A stretch of 64,000 nucleotides of DNA from Auanema rhodensis (taxonomy: Eukaryota > Animalia > Nematoda), in NCBI GenBank assembly GCA_964057225.1, contig OZ059899.1:12276001-12340000 (forward strand), given 5' to 3'. Below, piece after piece: positions 1 to 19,926 of this stretch; position 1 is the first letter of the stretch; each line of letters opens with the position of its first letter. A program made the translations under genes and the position numbers. The notes below the pieces were generated by a model. The model had not been told where the DNA came from. It made no database searches and was given only the letters and a program-made list of their open reading frames with translations.

Positions 1-3000
1 TGCAGGTTAGAAATATATATCAATTTCAATTTATAAATGATTTCTCTTTAGTACTGATGATAAGATAACCTCATATGCTGAATTTCATGTCAATAAGTAT
101 ACTAAACGAAGAGATGGACATATACGTAGAATTTTATGTTTGAGTGAGTCATGTATAATAGAAAGAGATCCAGCTTCATATTCTGTAATTTGTGCCACCC
201 CATTAAAAAATGTAAGTAATGACGGATCTCTGTATTTACATATTCTTTGTTAATTTCAGATTGTGTGCTTGGCGAGACTTGAAAAAGATCCCCAACAGTT
301 CATTATTGAATATGTTTCTGGTGAAGGTAGAACATATTCTTCAAGCGAACGGTAATTTTGTCTCATTTCATCCTTGATAAACTTTGTTCTATATAGTGAT
401 TTGATTTTGGCTTCTCTTCTCGATGGAATTCGAGCTTCAGGAAATGAGCAGGTTTTCGTGTCTGGACATAGGTTTGACAGAGCTTTGCGGCTCTTACCTC
501 ATAATATGCTTCTCGATGAGGATGGTGAATCTCAGATGATGAGACATGTTATTGCTCCTCCTCGTAAGATTTCTAGTAATTTGGAGTATTTGAAATATTT
601 TTTAAGCTGGATTGAAAAGATCTGATTTGATTCGCAGGTTCAATGCAAATATTCCGTATAATGGTTTAACATATTCTCGTTCACATGACGTAAGCCAAAA
701 ATGGTTAACAGAATATTTTGGTTTTCCTCTTTTAGGGATTCTTTTCTGAAAACAAAGGGAAGGTCATTGTCGCTGCCCTGGAGGCAGTTTTGGGTGAAAG
801 TTATGAGAAGGTAAGCTTAATCTTTTCTTTGAAGCTCATATAAAATTCTAGGATGATCCTCAACATATTCATAAATGTGAAGCACAGCTTCAGTGCTTAA
901 GACGACTCTTCGCCTCCAAAAGTGGATTCCAAGCATTCACTGAAGTCAATGGGTTCGAATAATGAAGTGTTCACCTCACTTTTTTACCAATTTCTTTGCA
1001 GAGTCCGTGAGAAATTAGGAGTGTTAGTAGTTAGAGCTCTTGCCAAAAAGAGTGAATGCGTAGACCATGCAGTGGTTGAAGCGTTATCGGCTCTTATGCA
1101 TCCAATGCATGATCAGTACGAAATCCGTATAGAACAATTGAATAAGAAAAGCTTGCTGTCATCTCCAAAATTTGTTGAGGAATTATTAGATTTGGTTGTC
1201 AATCATGTGGTAAAGCTAAAAACCTACAAAATACAAAATATCTGAATTAAAATTTAGGCCAGAGGGACAGGTTGGCTTGTCATAGCTTCCATGCTTGATT
1301 TTTTAACTTATGCTGTATGTGCCCCATACAGTGAGACTACTGAAGGTGCAACATTCGATTCAATCATCAAAATGGTTGCTGATCGTGGGCGTAGTTTTTA
1401 TCGTCTTTTCCATACTTCTAGCATGACTATCGTGAAAGGTTAGATATTTAGTGTTTCGAGATCATGAATTATAACATTAGGTGCTGGTATGGTTATGAGG
1501 GCTATCATCGAAGAAGCTGATCCTGAAATTTCTAAGCAAATGCAAATTCTCGCAATAACTGAAGGAGCATTTCTTTCTCATCTTTACTCTGCGTTGCTAT
1601 CTAAAGGAAAAGATCTTAGAGTAGGCTATTCGAATTTAGAAATGGTTCAAAATAATGATTATAGGTTTTAACTAACAAGCAGCTTAGTGGCCACTTGATT
1701 AGTTTATGGTTAAGTGATAATATCCCCGCTAATGACCTGATGTCTAGATGCCTTGTATGTCATTTAAAATATTTTCAATTTTATTTGCTTCTTTTTAGCC
1801 CCGCGGACTTCTTAACTTCCTCAGTTCCGATGCCGAAGTTCCTGTCAAAGAAGCAGATCTTCTTATTCCTCGAAATAACTTAGAAGCTGCGACAAATGAA
1901 CAAAAGGCCCAGGGAGCCATCAAAGAGAAACTTGATTATTTGAGGTTTCACAGTTGAATCCATAAAAAATTATTGAGATTTTGTTCAGAGTAACAGCAGA
2001 AGCTGGGCTGGACAGATTTGTTCAACATTGGGACTTGGAACAAAAATTGAATTTTAATATTCCACGTAGAGCAGTAGATGTGAATTTTCTTCATTTTTTG
2101 AAAAAAAATTATCGTTCATTATAGGAAAGACAACAGCAAAGACCGGTTGTGCTGCGTAAACGGAGGCAACGTGTCAGATCTTCATTGAATTGGCGGCTTT
2201 TTGCTTATCAATTCGGTGTAGATCATGCCCAAGCTGATCTTATTTGGAATGAAAAAACCAGAACTGAATTCGGGTAGAGTTATTTGTACGGAAAGTTAAA
2301 TAATAGCACGTTTAAGCAAAGCTGTTGAGACCGAGCTTGCGACATTCAAAGCTGAGAAAGAAAGAGCTTCCAATGATATTCAGTTATCTTGGAATCATTC
2401 TGAATACCAGGTAAGATTTATTATTTTTCTTTATTGTATTTTCCTGGTTTCAGGTCATATATCCTTCTCTGGAAGATGAAATTAAAATTGGAGATTACTA
2501 CCTGAGAGTTATGCTGCAAGAGACTGATGGAGAAGCAACTCCAATTCACAACCCGTACGTATATCCTTGTATTTTTCGACAGCATCCTTTTTTTTAGAAT
2601 TGAATTCTTTAACGACGTTTATCATCGGTTTTTACTCTCGGCCAAAAGTGAAATGCGTTGCTTTTGCTTAAGAGCAATGGCCGTAGCATACTGCCGTAAC
2701 CATGAAAGTATTGGAGTTTTCGCTGATGCGAAATACTTTGTATCCATGTTAAGCAAATGTAACAATCCTCAAGAAAGAGATCAATTGGTAATTATCGATT
2801 TCAATGGAATTTCTCTAAAATATTATCCAATAGGTTTTTCTTCTCTCAAAATTAGCATTAAATAAAGAAAATGTTCGTGAATTGATGATGGCAAACTTAC
2901 TTCCAATTCTGGTTGATTTGTGTGATTTGGCACATTTGGATGTTAAGAGAGCTGTTATTCAGAATCAGGTTAGGGTTTCTATCTTCTTAACACCGCAATT

Positions 3001-6000
3001 GGACTTTTGAACTTTAGAGTAATGCTATCGAAGCTTCCGCTAATCAACAGAATGCCGGAGAGGCTAAAGAATGGCGTTATAACGATAAAGATGGGCAACA
3101 ACAAGGACCATTTTCGTTCAATAAAGTCTTTTTATATAAAAAACATATAATCAGGATTTTTTCATTCAGATGAAAGAATTATATGCTGAAAAGGTCATTT
3201 TTGAAAAAACTGCTGTTTGGGCTTCTGGTATGGATAAATGGCAAACTCTAAGTAGTGTGCCCCAATTCAGATGGACAGCTTGTCTTCCACAGGTATTTGG
3301 TTATGCTGTTCGTTATCGTTATAAATAATTGCAGGGTGCTATTGGACTCTATAGATTCACCGAACTTTGCTCACTTTGCCTAGATATAATGATTAGAATG
3401 TGTGACTATTATCCTTCAAGGTTATATTCTTTTTCTTAGGCAGTATTCGTTTTTTATTTCCAGGGACTCGTATGGAAGCGTTGTTAGACCAATGCCAGGA
3501 GTAAAATTGCGTTTAACTGAACCGGTATTGCTTTACCATATAGTTCAACTTCTCTTAACTTATGAACCTTCAATTGTCAAAAGGGTCGCTACCCTTCTCC
3601 TTCATATTATTGAGGTAATCTTAGTATTTATATCATTTCAATACAAATTACTTTAAGGATAATCCATTCCTTCCTCGTTTACATCTAACTGGTGTTTTCT
3701 ACTTTATCTTAATGTACAATGGTTCGGATGTTTTACCTATTGCCAAGTTCTTGCATTATACCCATAGAAAACAAGCATTCCAATCTGCTATGGTAAACTT
3801 TTTTCATATAAGATCATATTAGGAATTTTGTTCAGTTTGGTGAAAGCCGTCAGTCTATTCTTTCTCCGCTACTCCCCGAGGCTGCTGTATTCTATCTGGA
3901 TCATTATGGACCAGATAAGTATTCTGAAGTGTATTTGGGAGAGTTTGACAACCCTGAAATCATCTGGAATACTGAGATGAGAAAACACATGATTCGTCAA
4001 ATCGCTATTCATATTGGTGATTTTTATCCCAGATTAACGTCTAATGTTAAGGTATTTTCTGAACTTCTGACATATCTATATGTTTTTTCCTCAGGCTTTA
4101 TATCAATTCTGCCCTATTCCTACCATTGATTATCCTGAACTTGAGAACGAATTGTTCTGTCATGTTTATTACTTACGTCATCTATGTGATAAACAAAGAT
4201 TTCCTGACTGGCCTATTAGAGATCCTGTACCTTTCCTTCGAGCATGTTTGGCCGCTTGGCATGGCGAGTTAGTGAAGAAGCCACCAGCAATGTCGATCGA
4301 ACAAGCTTGTGAAACTCTTGGTCTTTCCATGGCTGATGAAAGGTAATTGATTTGATTAAGAATGCAGATTAGCTCAACATATTTCAGTTGGCAAGATCGT
4401 TCTGTTGTTCGTAAAGCTTACTACAAACTTTCTATCTATTACCATCCTGATAAACTGACAGATGAGAATCGTGACAAGGAAATGGAATATAGAGATATGT
4501 TCGCAAAGGTTTGTATTCACACATCTTATGCTAATGGTATATTTGTTTAGGTTAATGCTGCTTATGAATTACTATCCAGCAACATCTCGAGAACTGCTCA
4601 AATGGCTGGTCCTGACACCCAGCGCATTGTTCTTTGTCTTCAAGCCCAAAGCATTATATACGGCAGATACAAAGAAGGTAAATTTATTTATATTTTTATA
4701 AGTTATGTTTTTTATGTTAGAATTATCTGTGTACAAATATGCTGGTTATGATCGTCTTATTCGCACTATTGAAATTGAAGCTAATGATGAATCCCTTTTC
4801 AAGAAGTCGTATGTTTTTGTTCTATTATTAAAATTTAATCAAGTAATTAATTTAAGGGGAGGTGGAATTTTGCTTTCTGCTGCTATTGAGCTCTGCAACC
4901 ATACCTTAATGAGTAGTTCGTTGAATGCTGAGCAGTTACGTCGAGATCAAGGTCTTGAAGCTCTGCAAACTGCTTTTGACAGATGCTATGCCATGGTTAC
5001 AATGAGTTCACAGCCTAATGATATTCCTGTTCAAGTATGTCCAAATCTTAAAGATAAAATTAAATTTTGTTTTTTTTAGGTCTGTGAACATATATGTAAC
5101 TGCTTCGCCACAGCTGCGCAATTTGAACAATGTCGCCAACGTTTGGCTGAACTTCCAACCTTATTTGGAAATATCTGTCATCTGTTGCAATTTGATGTAT
5201 GCTATTGATAACAGATCTAACATCAATTTTTTGTTCATTTAGCAATTACCCCGTCTATCTTCTGCTGCTGCTGAATGTATATGCAACATGGCCGTCGACA
5301 CACTTCTTCAAACTCAACTGTTCCAATCGGGAGTTTTATGGCAGTTGGTACCGCACCTCTTCCATTATGATTATACGTTGGACGAAGGAGGTTTGACTTA
5401 GAGTTTGAAAGTAAATAGTGATGCCGTCTTTAGGTGTTCAACATAGTGAATCTTCGAACAAGCAATCGTTGGCTAATCGTTTGGCAAGATCTTCATGCGA
5501 AGCATTAGCTTGTTTAGCTGGGTTTAGAGAAACAACGCCTGATAACGATGGAGTACAGGTAGTACAAGTTGTAAAATGAATCAGTTCGAATGAATGACTC
5601 TTTCAGAACAGTTTGAGAGCATTACTTACACCTTATGTTTGTCGCCTTATGAGAACTACTACCAACGATGCTGTACTGAAAGTATTGAATTGCAACACAG
5701 AAGATCCATATCTTATTTGGGATAATGCTACCAGAGCGGAAGTTCTTCAATTTGTTGAGCGTCATAGAACTTCGCATGAGCAATCGGTACAGTTCTAAGT
5801 TTTTTCTTTTCTCATTTTCTATTCATTGTAGAGTGAACTATTCGGAGCTGAATTCCAATTATCTGTATACGCTAAAGAACTGATTGTTGGTGATGTTTTC
5901 ATCAGAATTTACAATGAACAACCTAATTTCCCTCTTCATGTAAGCATTGTGTATCTGAATAATCTGTTCACATATTCTTTTAGGAGCCAAAGAAAATGGC

Positions 6001-8270
6001 GATGGATCTGTTAGATTTCATTGCTAAATATGTTGATGAACTTACTGGCAAAAAGAAAATGAATGGAGATTTGATTGATATTGACTGGAGCAGTAATGCC
6101 AATCAGATGTCTGCAAGCGACAAAGTTTTGATGTGCATCGAAGCCATCTGCAATCTTATTACTGCTAATCCAGGTATGTTGTTTTCTATTGATTGAATTT
6201 GAGTTTTTTTTTAATTTTCTACCGTTGTTTTATATAATATTTTAGCTAATATTGAAAAAAATGATAAGGGTAAGTTTGATGTAGTCTTGTGTTGTGAATG
6301 AGTTATATGTTATGAATTAAGCTTTTAGTTTTTGATTTCTTAAACAATCAAACATGTATACTTTTAAGGTGTGGAAATTCTGTTGATCGGACACTTTAAT
6401 CTTCTCATTTCTTATTTACGTGCTAAGACTTATCCAAAAATTCAAATTGGCGTTCTTAAGGTTTTTACTTATCTCTAATATATATTTTAATCTTTGAAAA
6501 TTCAGATTCTTTCTCTTGCTGCTGGTAATCGTGAATGTGTTTCTGATTTTGCGAATGTTCGACCATGTTCAACTTTGTTTGGTTTAATGATTGAAAGAAC
6601 TGACGGTGAAAGGAACATTTTATATTCACCGACAAGATTTTTTTTTCAGAACTCTCACTGATTTTGAACATTCTTATAGCTTTGGCATCAAATGGACAAA
6701 TTGTGAAAGATGTCCTCGATTACGGTATTTTTTATTTATTTTTCAAATCTAAAGTTTATCTTGCTCTATTCAGGTGGAGTTTTATATATATTGGCTGTTT
6801 TCTGTAGTTCACGGAAAGATCCTGCCTTGAGATTACAAGCCGCTGAAATTCTTGCCAAGCTTCAAGTAACAATGATATTTCAAATAATTTTATTTCAAGC
6901 TTTTTAGTCGGATAAACTGACTGGACCTCGTTGGAGCAGATTTATTACCAAGTACTTACCACCCATTTTCGCTGATGCTCTTCGCGATTCACCAACAACA
7001 GCGTAATTTTGATGATTCAATCTATAAGATTAAATTTTTTATTTCAGTATAAGCATGTTTGATTCATGTAATGAAAATCCTGAACTTATTTGGAATGATG
7101 ATACTCGTGCGAAGGTTCAAAGAATTTTGGAAGAAGGTATGAACGACATCTATACTAAGCAATGTAAGGATCCTGACACCAAGTGGAATGTGGTGAGTTC
7201 TTTTTATTATGAATACAGTCAATATATGTTTGTTTTATTCAGACGCTTTCTGATGACTCTTGTGCTTATTCGGAATCTGTATCAGGTGAACTTATCGTTG
7301 GAGGAGTATTTGTTCGGCTGTTTGTTGCCAATCCAGCTTGGACTGTTCGGCATCCAAGACAGTTTGCGACGGAACTTATCGAAAAGTATTTTTTGTTCAT
7401 ATTTTGTTTTCTATTATTGAGTATTCAGAGTTCTCGATTTGATGAAGAAACCGGGAGATGACTTATCTGTTGTAACTAAAGCGTTCACTGAACTCATGAG
7501 GTATCATCCAAACACAGCCGATCAATTGCCAGCCCAAGGATATCTACCACAATTTTGTACAGCTATGAGTTCTAAAGATCCGCGTACTTCTCAAGCAGCT
7601 ATTCTGATTCTTCAGCAACTTTCGGAGAATCAGGTATATTTGAAGTGTGATAGCATGATTTTGAAATCTTGTTTCAGCATTGTGCTGATGCTCTCTGCCG
7701 AATTAATTGTATTCAAGGAATCATGGTTTCTATGAAAAATCAACCAAGTTTGTGTATATATTTTGATTTTGTTAGCAAATCTATCTTCAGCTCTTATGAG
7801 AGAATCTTCACATGCTCTGAAATGCTTGATGAAACGAGGTAGTGGCGATCTTGCTGGCCAAATGCTTAACTGTGGAATGATTGAATATCTTCTTGATGTT
7901 CTGAAAGGATCTATGCCAGGTTTTTATTATTCTTAGTTTTCCCCATTTATGTTGTTCATTTAAAGGTGTGGAAAATGCTGCAGCTGCTAGAGCTGAGATT
8001 GTTGACGCATTGAAGAGTGCTTGTCTAGATCTGAAAGTCGGCGAAAAGATTTCAGCAATCCTGAATGCATCTCCAATCTGGTCCCAATACAAAGATCAAA
8101 GACATGACTTATTCCTTCCTGATGCTCGTATGCAGGCCATAACAGGTTTGTTTTTTGTTAATTGTCTGGCATATTAACAGTGTTTAGGAAATTCCACCGG
8201 CATCAGCGGATACTTAACTGAGGGTATGTTTAACCCGCCACCACTTCACTCACAGCCACCACCATTGTAA
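1..8270 (+). CDS. rme-8: RME-8/DNAJC13 endosomal J-domain protein, multi-exon, 5' part lies outside the window
   Basis: Spliced exons give IWN repeats ([36 protein letters not shown]), a GYF-like segment ([15 protein letters not shown]...WASGMDKW), a J domain ([15 protein letters not shown]...VNAAYELL) and the C-terminus [13 protein letters not shown]...[20 protein letters not shown]. Stop TAA at 8268-8270. Confidence 0.96.
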
Positions 8271-10027
8271 GTACTTATCGATAGAGTGATAGATGTTTAT
8301 GTGTATGTGTGTGTGTGTATGTTGACAGACTTTCAGTATTAATTTTAATTTATTCCCCCCTCCCCTATCTACTTTATTTTAAAAAAGAGCTACTTCCCAA
8401 ATTTTTTTAAAGTATATATCACATAAGCATATTGATTCACTTTTTTATACAAAATGCACCGCCTGTTATTTATATTGCCTTAATCAACTCGGTTTGTACC
8501 ATCTGTGATTTCTTTCATAATCTGTAGGTTTTAATGCAATATCCTGTTAATAATACAATTGGGTGATTATACTATTCTCGATATAGATCGTTTTAATATA
8601 AATAATATTATTAAGATTTTTTTTGCCTGAGTAAGAAGAATAAATGAGTTTACAATTTATTAAGTTTTGATAAATGTTTGTAAAATTATTCATAAAATCT
8701 GTTAAGGCCTCAATGCATAAAATATATATTAAAAACATATACAAACAAAATATTGTGTAAGTTTTAAGTGTGAAGTTAGTAAAGTCAAATAGAACTCTAA
8801 TTAAGACTCGTTGGAAATTTGTGCACTACTCGGGAGAAAGAGGAGGACGAAGAAGTTCAGGAAGTCTGAGAGAGGCTATACGAGATAAGTTAAGTGACCT
8901 CACGTGAGCAGGCAATACAGTATTTCGTCTCTCAGCCTTCAGAAAGTTTCAGAAGAGCTAAACGGAATTAAATCGAGCTGATTGTTTGTGCTTGTGTATA
9001 TGGAGAGAATGAGAATAAAAAGAGAAATAACAAAAAGAGAAAATTGGGTTTGTTTCCCTAATAAAAATGACGTTGTGATAAGAATTCGAGAAAGAAGAGG
9101 GGTAAAAGGTGGGTTCGTATATAGAAACAGGACACATTATCAGAATGACCGGAGCAAATTTCCGGACAAAAGTCAGTTATAAACTCCGGATCCCGCAATT
9201 CGCGAATCAAACAGTTTGAGAATATAGAACAGATAAATATTTGTGAAAGTATGCAAAAAACTACAAGGAAATCAAAGGAATAGTCTGAGACTAGCTGAAT
9301 ATAGAAGTTGTAAGCGTACGTACCCGATGATGCGTATGGCTTACGGAAGAGCAAGTTCTTCCGCGGGCAGTAGGAACCGGACGGGAGGTATCTGAAGGTC
9401 TTCAGAGCAAAACGAAATAGCTAAACTTTTAAAATATAAAAAGAAGAGAATCATTGTTTCTCTTCATATCTCCATAAAATCCTATCCTATAAAAGGTTTG
9501 TTCTGAAAACAATGCGAGGGATGTATGTTGTGTGTTTCAAAGGTAACAGGGAAGGAAGTGTCTGTTTGCAATTTCAAAAGTAAGAAAGGATAAACGATGT
9601 GTCACAGAGAAATATCAACTGGCCTACTACTGCTGCTAGAAGAGAGGGAAAGGGGAACAAAGAAGAAGCTAGACCGAATGAGAAAACCTATATCATGCAA
9701 GACAATGAAGGATTAGAATATCAACATAGAAGATGTTTGATACGGTCAAACAAAGATGAATTGCTTGAAAATTAAATGAGAGAAAGGTGAGAAATTACTT
9801 GAGAATCCCTGCAAACATCGTCTTCCTGATGCTATCTTAACCCGCGTGCACAGCGAAGACAGCATGTTATCATCACATAATCAGTCTAATTGCTTCTGGA
9901 GAAGCATGTTATACGAAAAGAAGTGGAGCTGTCCACGTCGGCTAGAAGACTTAGGAGACGAGAACTGTTAGATGACTAGATGAATTCTTCGAATGAATTT
10001 TTCAACAACGGTTAACCGAACGAGGGT

Positions 10028-14920
<4,893 letters not shown>

Positions 14921-16642
14921 GTCCCATCGGAAGACGCTGTAAGAACTTCAACGGCGCCTCCTACAAAGATGGTAAATTCTAATGATTTCAACGATATTTG
15001 GCAACAATAATCGCAAGAAAAACGACAAAAATTCATCAAATATAATACGAATATTACGAAATTAGATAAGATAGAGATATGAATTGCAATGTTCCTGCTG
15101 GATCTTGAAGTCATCAGAACCGGAAAATTCAAGTGTTCAGCTGTGGGTCGTAGTGCGGCTGCTGCAGTTTCTTTTCCGGCAATCGGACCGTTGAAGAGAA
15201 CATGGCCGGATGAAAGCCGGCATTGATCTCTGTGCACAAAGGATGAAAAGATGACGACGACAACGAAGAGGATGATGCAGAAGACGAAGAAGAAAGCAAG
15301 AAGGAAATAGCGAGAAAAATAGAAACTGAAAGAGAAAACGATGAGCAAAAAGAAAATAGAAAGGATTTAGAAACGAAGAGTTTATAATATTTCCATAAGC
15401 GATAGCAAAAGTTCTTGTATGCGTGAGAAATAATTTAGTTTTCTTTCGTGGAGAATGGTCTCGCCTCATTTTCCTAATCTCACATCTCTTCGGTACTTTC
15501 TTATATCTCTCTCTCCTCCCCTCTCTTTCCCTCCCTCTCTCACTTTTACCTTTTCTTACATTAGCTGACTCTCCCCAACTACACTCGGTATAGGTATTGC
15601 TGTTCACCATATCCCTTGCTTCGAGCTCTCTCACTCACATACGCTCGTTATCTCTATGAAGCTCTTTGAATGTGTAAGTTTGTCGTCAAATCGATCGATA
15701 TCCGAACACTCTGTTCATCTGGCTTCTCGCTCATCTCTTTAGTCCTTTCCAACTCGCTCCTCCCTCCCAAGAGATCGTCGGTTGTAATAAAGCTAGCTTG
15801 GCTTCATCCACCTCCACCTCCACCTTCAGCAAGTAAAGAAGAAGAAAAGAAAAGAAGAGGACATATGAGAAGAGACAAAAAGGAAAAATTCCCCAGTAAT
15901 AGATGAATGGATGTGTATGAAGCTTTCCTGATAGGAAGCTTGATCATAAAACTTGACTTACATTGCTAGAAAATGGAAAAATAGCGACGATTTGGTAGAA
16001 AAAGACAGAAGAAACGACGATAATCCCTGTGATTAAGCTTAGAAAGATTATTCATTGAAAATTAGGCAAATAGATATAGAAATAAGAATCAGAATTTTCT
16101 GGAATACATCATCATAGAATAGTAGGAATGTTGCCAAGAAATGATATAAAACCTGGCGATTTCTATCTAAGCCATTGCCTACCCCCTAAGTAACAGATAG
16201 CTGAGATTGGATGTGAAAACCAGAGGAACAGGCAATATGACTGAGAAGAACCGACAGCTGAATGACTTAATAGCTGATTTGCTCAAAGACGCGTCAAAGC
16301 TCCTTCCTCTTCCTCTTCTTCTTTTCTTTCTTCTTTCGCATTAATTTTCAAATCAAAGATGTATATGACCTTTAGATTAAACTTTCAAGTAAATTATTGG
16401 AAGGAAAATTTCAGAAAAAATCAGGATAAGTTTCTGTCGATGAGTCGAATGTATTCAGAAAAGAAAAAAATTCAAACGAGATACAACAGACAGTTAGAGG
16501 TTTGTTGAGATATAGCATATTGGATAAAGACGATGTGAATCGGAGAGTGAAAAGCTTCAATCACGAGCACCTTCGAGAGAAAGAGCTGATTTGACAGTGC
16601 ACACGACGAAGAAAAGCAGTAGAAGATGAAGATGATGACGAT

Positions 16643-16720
16643 GAAGAAGAAGAAGAAGAAGAAGAAGAAGAGGAGAAAGAAGAAGAAGAAGAAGAAGGCG
16701 ACGACGGCGGCGACGACGAA
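16643..16720. repeat. (GAA)n / (GAC,GGC)n trinucleotide tract
   Basis: gaagaagaagaag... run followed by ggcgacgacggcggcgacgacg. Confidence 0.85.
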
Positions 16721-19106
16721 TCAGACAGTGCTGAAGGATGAGCTGAGAGACAAGACTGTGCTAAGAAGGGGAGGACGACTGAAAGAAGAGAATTGAGACA
16801 ACGAGATATAGAAGAGCTAACTTAAACACAAAGAACATTCAAACTAGGCTTCAGGAATCGGACGAAAGACAACGAATCGCGTTCAAAAGATACAATAAAG
16901 TGAACATGTCAAACTTAAAGCATAATCGATAAATACAAAAATAAACACTTGGAAGTAAAGAAGTTATTGTACAGATATTTGAATGAGAAGATTCTGACTA
17001 GAAATACAGTTATTTTTGGATTGTACTGTCTGAATACTAAGTTGAGATGAATTGAGAGAGAAAAACGGAGGAACAGAGAGAGAGAGAGAAACAGGGAAGA
17101 CAAGGAAGAATTTGAAAAGAATGAGGGAAGAGAAAGAAGAAAACCAAATCAATCAGATCGTTTGCGACTTGACTCTTCGTTATCATCACCTACTCGATCT
17201 GTTGACGGCCTGGCTGTAGTTACTGCTCAGTTCTGCCAAATGTTGTAATGCCCGGAGGCAATGTTTACACTGCCAGCCGCAGAACTCAGCAATCCTATCG
17301 CCATTATCGGTACCGTCTCAATTACGAATTTTTCATGTTTTATGTAATTATTGATCTTTTATCTTCAATGAAATTTTGAGTTTGAAATTAAATTTTAAAT
17401 TTTAGAAATATTAAAAGTTGAGGAATTTGATGACGTCATCATCTGCCGCGTCTGCGGATATCCGACGTTTGTTCATATGTGATAACATGATGACATAACA
17501 AAAAATTGAGAAATTCATCAATATTTCGGAGAATACCTCAGAATATTTGAAAAAACCATCATGATATAGGAAAATTGTGGATGTGGAGACTGAAGAAGAA
17601 AAGCTAGTTGACATCGGGAATGAATGAAACTTCGAAAACGCTCTGTAAAGCTGCCTCAGAGATTTCTTACTGACACGACTACACACGGTTTATAAAACGA
17701 TAAATAGAGCTCACATATGCACGGCTGTCCAGATGTGCATGTGAGGGAATCTCAAATGGTGATTTTTTTGAAATTGGAATCAGAAATCTTAGAAATAGAC
17801 AGGACATTTAAAGATTTTGCTGCAGTTAGCCAGCATATCTAGGAAAAAACGTGATGAAATGGAAGACGATGAGCAACCAGAATAAGAATTACACGATATG
17901 CTTAGCGACTATGAAGCACGATTAAAGAAAAACAAAAATATATAAACTATAGTTATAGCAATAGGAGTGATGAATGAAATCTGAGATCTGTATAACTGCT
18001 GGCAATACTAGTAGCTTTTCATCTGAATAGTAAAGGGAATATATATGGTAAACGACAGTCAACACAGGCGACAAGACATCATGACGGCTGGCAAGGACCT
18101 TTAGGCCGTGACTGCTGGTGATGCTGAGAGCTGGCCATCGAATGAATTATATATGAAAAAGCAGAAGGGAAGAGACGACGAACGGACGGCGAACAACCGT
18201 TGGACGACACCACGGATCCGGAAGAGATGACATTAGACAAGCTGGTATCTGATGTGAGAGAGAGAGGGTAAGAAAGACTGAAAAGAGAAGGGAGAATGAA
18301 GAAGAGAAAGCGAGCTGGAAGCTGTAGATGAAGTAGCAGTGTAGTAGTAGACAAAAGCAAATCAGACATCAAAGTCTCTTCTGTTTTTTTCTTTTTAAGG
18401 TTAGAAAGTTGGGAATAAGATAGAATCGACAAGGCCTAACATGTTTAGGGTAGAGAAGTGAATGACGTAAAACGAATGAGAAAGAAAGGTAGCAATCAGC
18501 ATCTGCGATACACGAAGCCAGCCATAAATGTAAAATGTAGCTCTCGTTTCCTCATTCGACACTACCGCTACCTCTCTTCCCTTTTTCAGCTTTTCTTCCT
18601 TCTTCTCTCTTAGTATCCCTCGGTTTCTTCTCTACATGAATGTCATTTCTGCTCTCTGAACCAACTTTCCTTCATTTTGTTGCGTGAACAAGCAGACGGA
18701 TGAGCGAATTTCAATTTTTTCCGGATACAAATATAAGCAGTAAGGAATTCAAGTTGAGAAAAGCTATAAGCTTGGAATTTTCAGAAGAAAATGATTAAAT
18801 ATCAATGACTAAAGAGAGTTAGGAGGAAAATTGAAGATATTTGGTAATTTAGAGAATCAAAAAGGAGATATTGATTGAGCTTAGTGAGATACAATGCATA
18901 GAATGCGCGACTACGTGAAATCTCGTCCAACTACATTTCATCGAATAGATTGGCCGAGAGCGGTTGAATATGCATATCCAATCTGAGAATTAAACAATTT
19001 CAAATATTCTTTTAATAGATAGTATAGAGAAAAGCTTAATAGGTGTACTTTGAGGAGAAGAAATTTTAAATAATTGAAAGAAAATAGTCAATAAGGTAAG
19101 AGTTTC

Positions 19107-19141
19107 ATATATATATGTATATATATATATATATATATATA
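19107..19141. repeat. (TA)n microsatellite
   Basis: atatatatatgtatatatatatatatatatatat. Confidence 0.9.
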
Positions 19142-19303
19142 CAATCACATGCCTCCTACCACATAAATATATAGCATACATATATTTCATCAGATATTTT
19201 TCACAAAAAAAAACAAAAAAGTTATTTGTTTTGCATGTTTTTCTAACCGAATACGAAAAGAGATTGGAAACAACTCCTGATTTAGAACACAGAGAAGGAG
19301 CAA

Positions 19304-19310
<7 letters not shown>

Positions 19311-19368
<58 letters not shown>
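19311..19368. repeat. (GA)n microsatellite
   Basis: Perfect AG dinucleotide run; it produces the spurious ERERER and SLSLSL ORFs. Confidence 0.95.
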
Positions 19369-19373
<5 letters not shown>

Positions 19374-19870
19374 TAGAGAGTGTGACCGGTGTGATAAGCT
19401 GAACCTGAAGAGATGAATAGGGAGCACAGAATTTGAAATGATAAACAAAACTATGTTATAAGGACAATTTGCCTTTTCTGGCTAAGAATACTTAGTGGGA
19501 GATAAAAAGCATGAATATAGGTAGATCGACAGCTCTGGAAACAAGTTGTAGAAATAGCAGAGAAATAGCTAAAGTTAATAGCTTTGCATAACCATAGAGT
19601 TAGACAAAAGTTATTGAATGAAGATAAGAAACAATTAAACGAATAGGGGAGGTAAATAAATTTTCAGGGTGTCTAAGCTGATTCTCATCCAACTCAGCAA
19701 CATCAGCCACGATGTCTGAATCCCTTTATGGTCGGACAGAGGACGAGAAGACTAGATGCGAGAGTAGTGGCTAATTGAGATCCGTTTGGCTTTCCATGCA
19801 CCCACTCACATACACATATACATGCGAGACATACAGCATAGATGTATTGAGAGAAATGAAAGAGAGATAT

Positions 19871-19874
<4 letters not shown>

Positions 19875-19923
<49 letters not shown>
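19875..19923. repeat. (GA)n microsatellite
   Basis: Perfect AG dinucleotide run. Confidence 0.95.
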
Positions 19924-19926
<3 letters not shown>

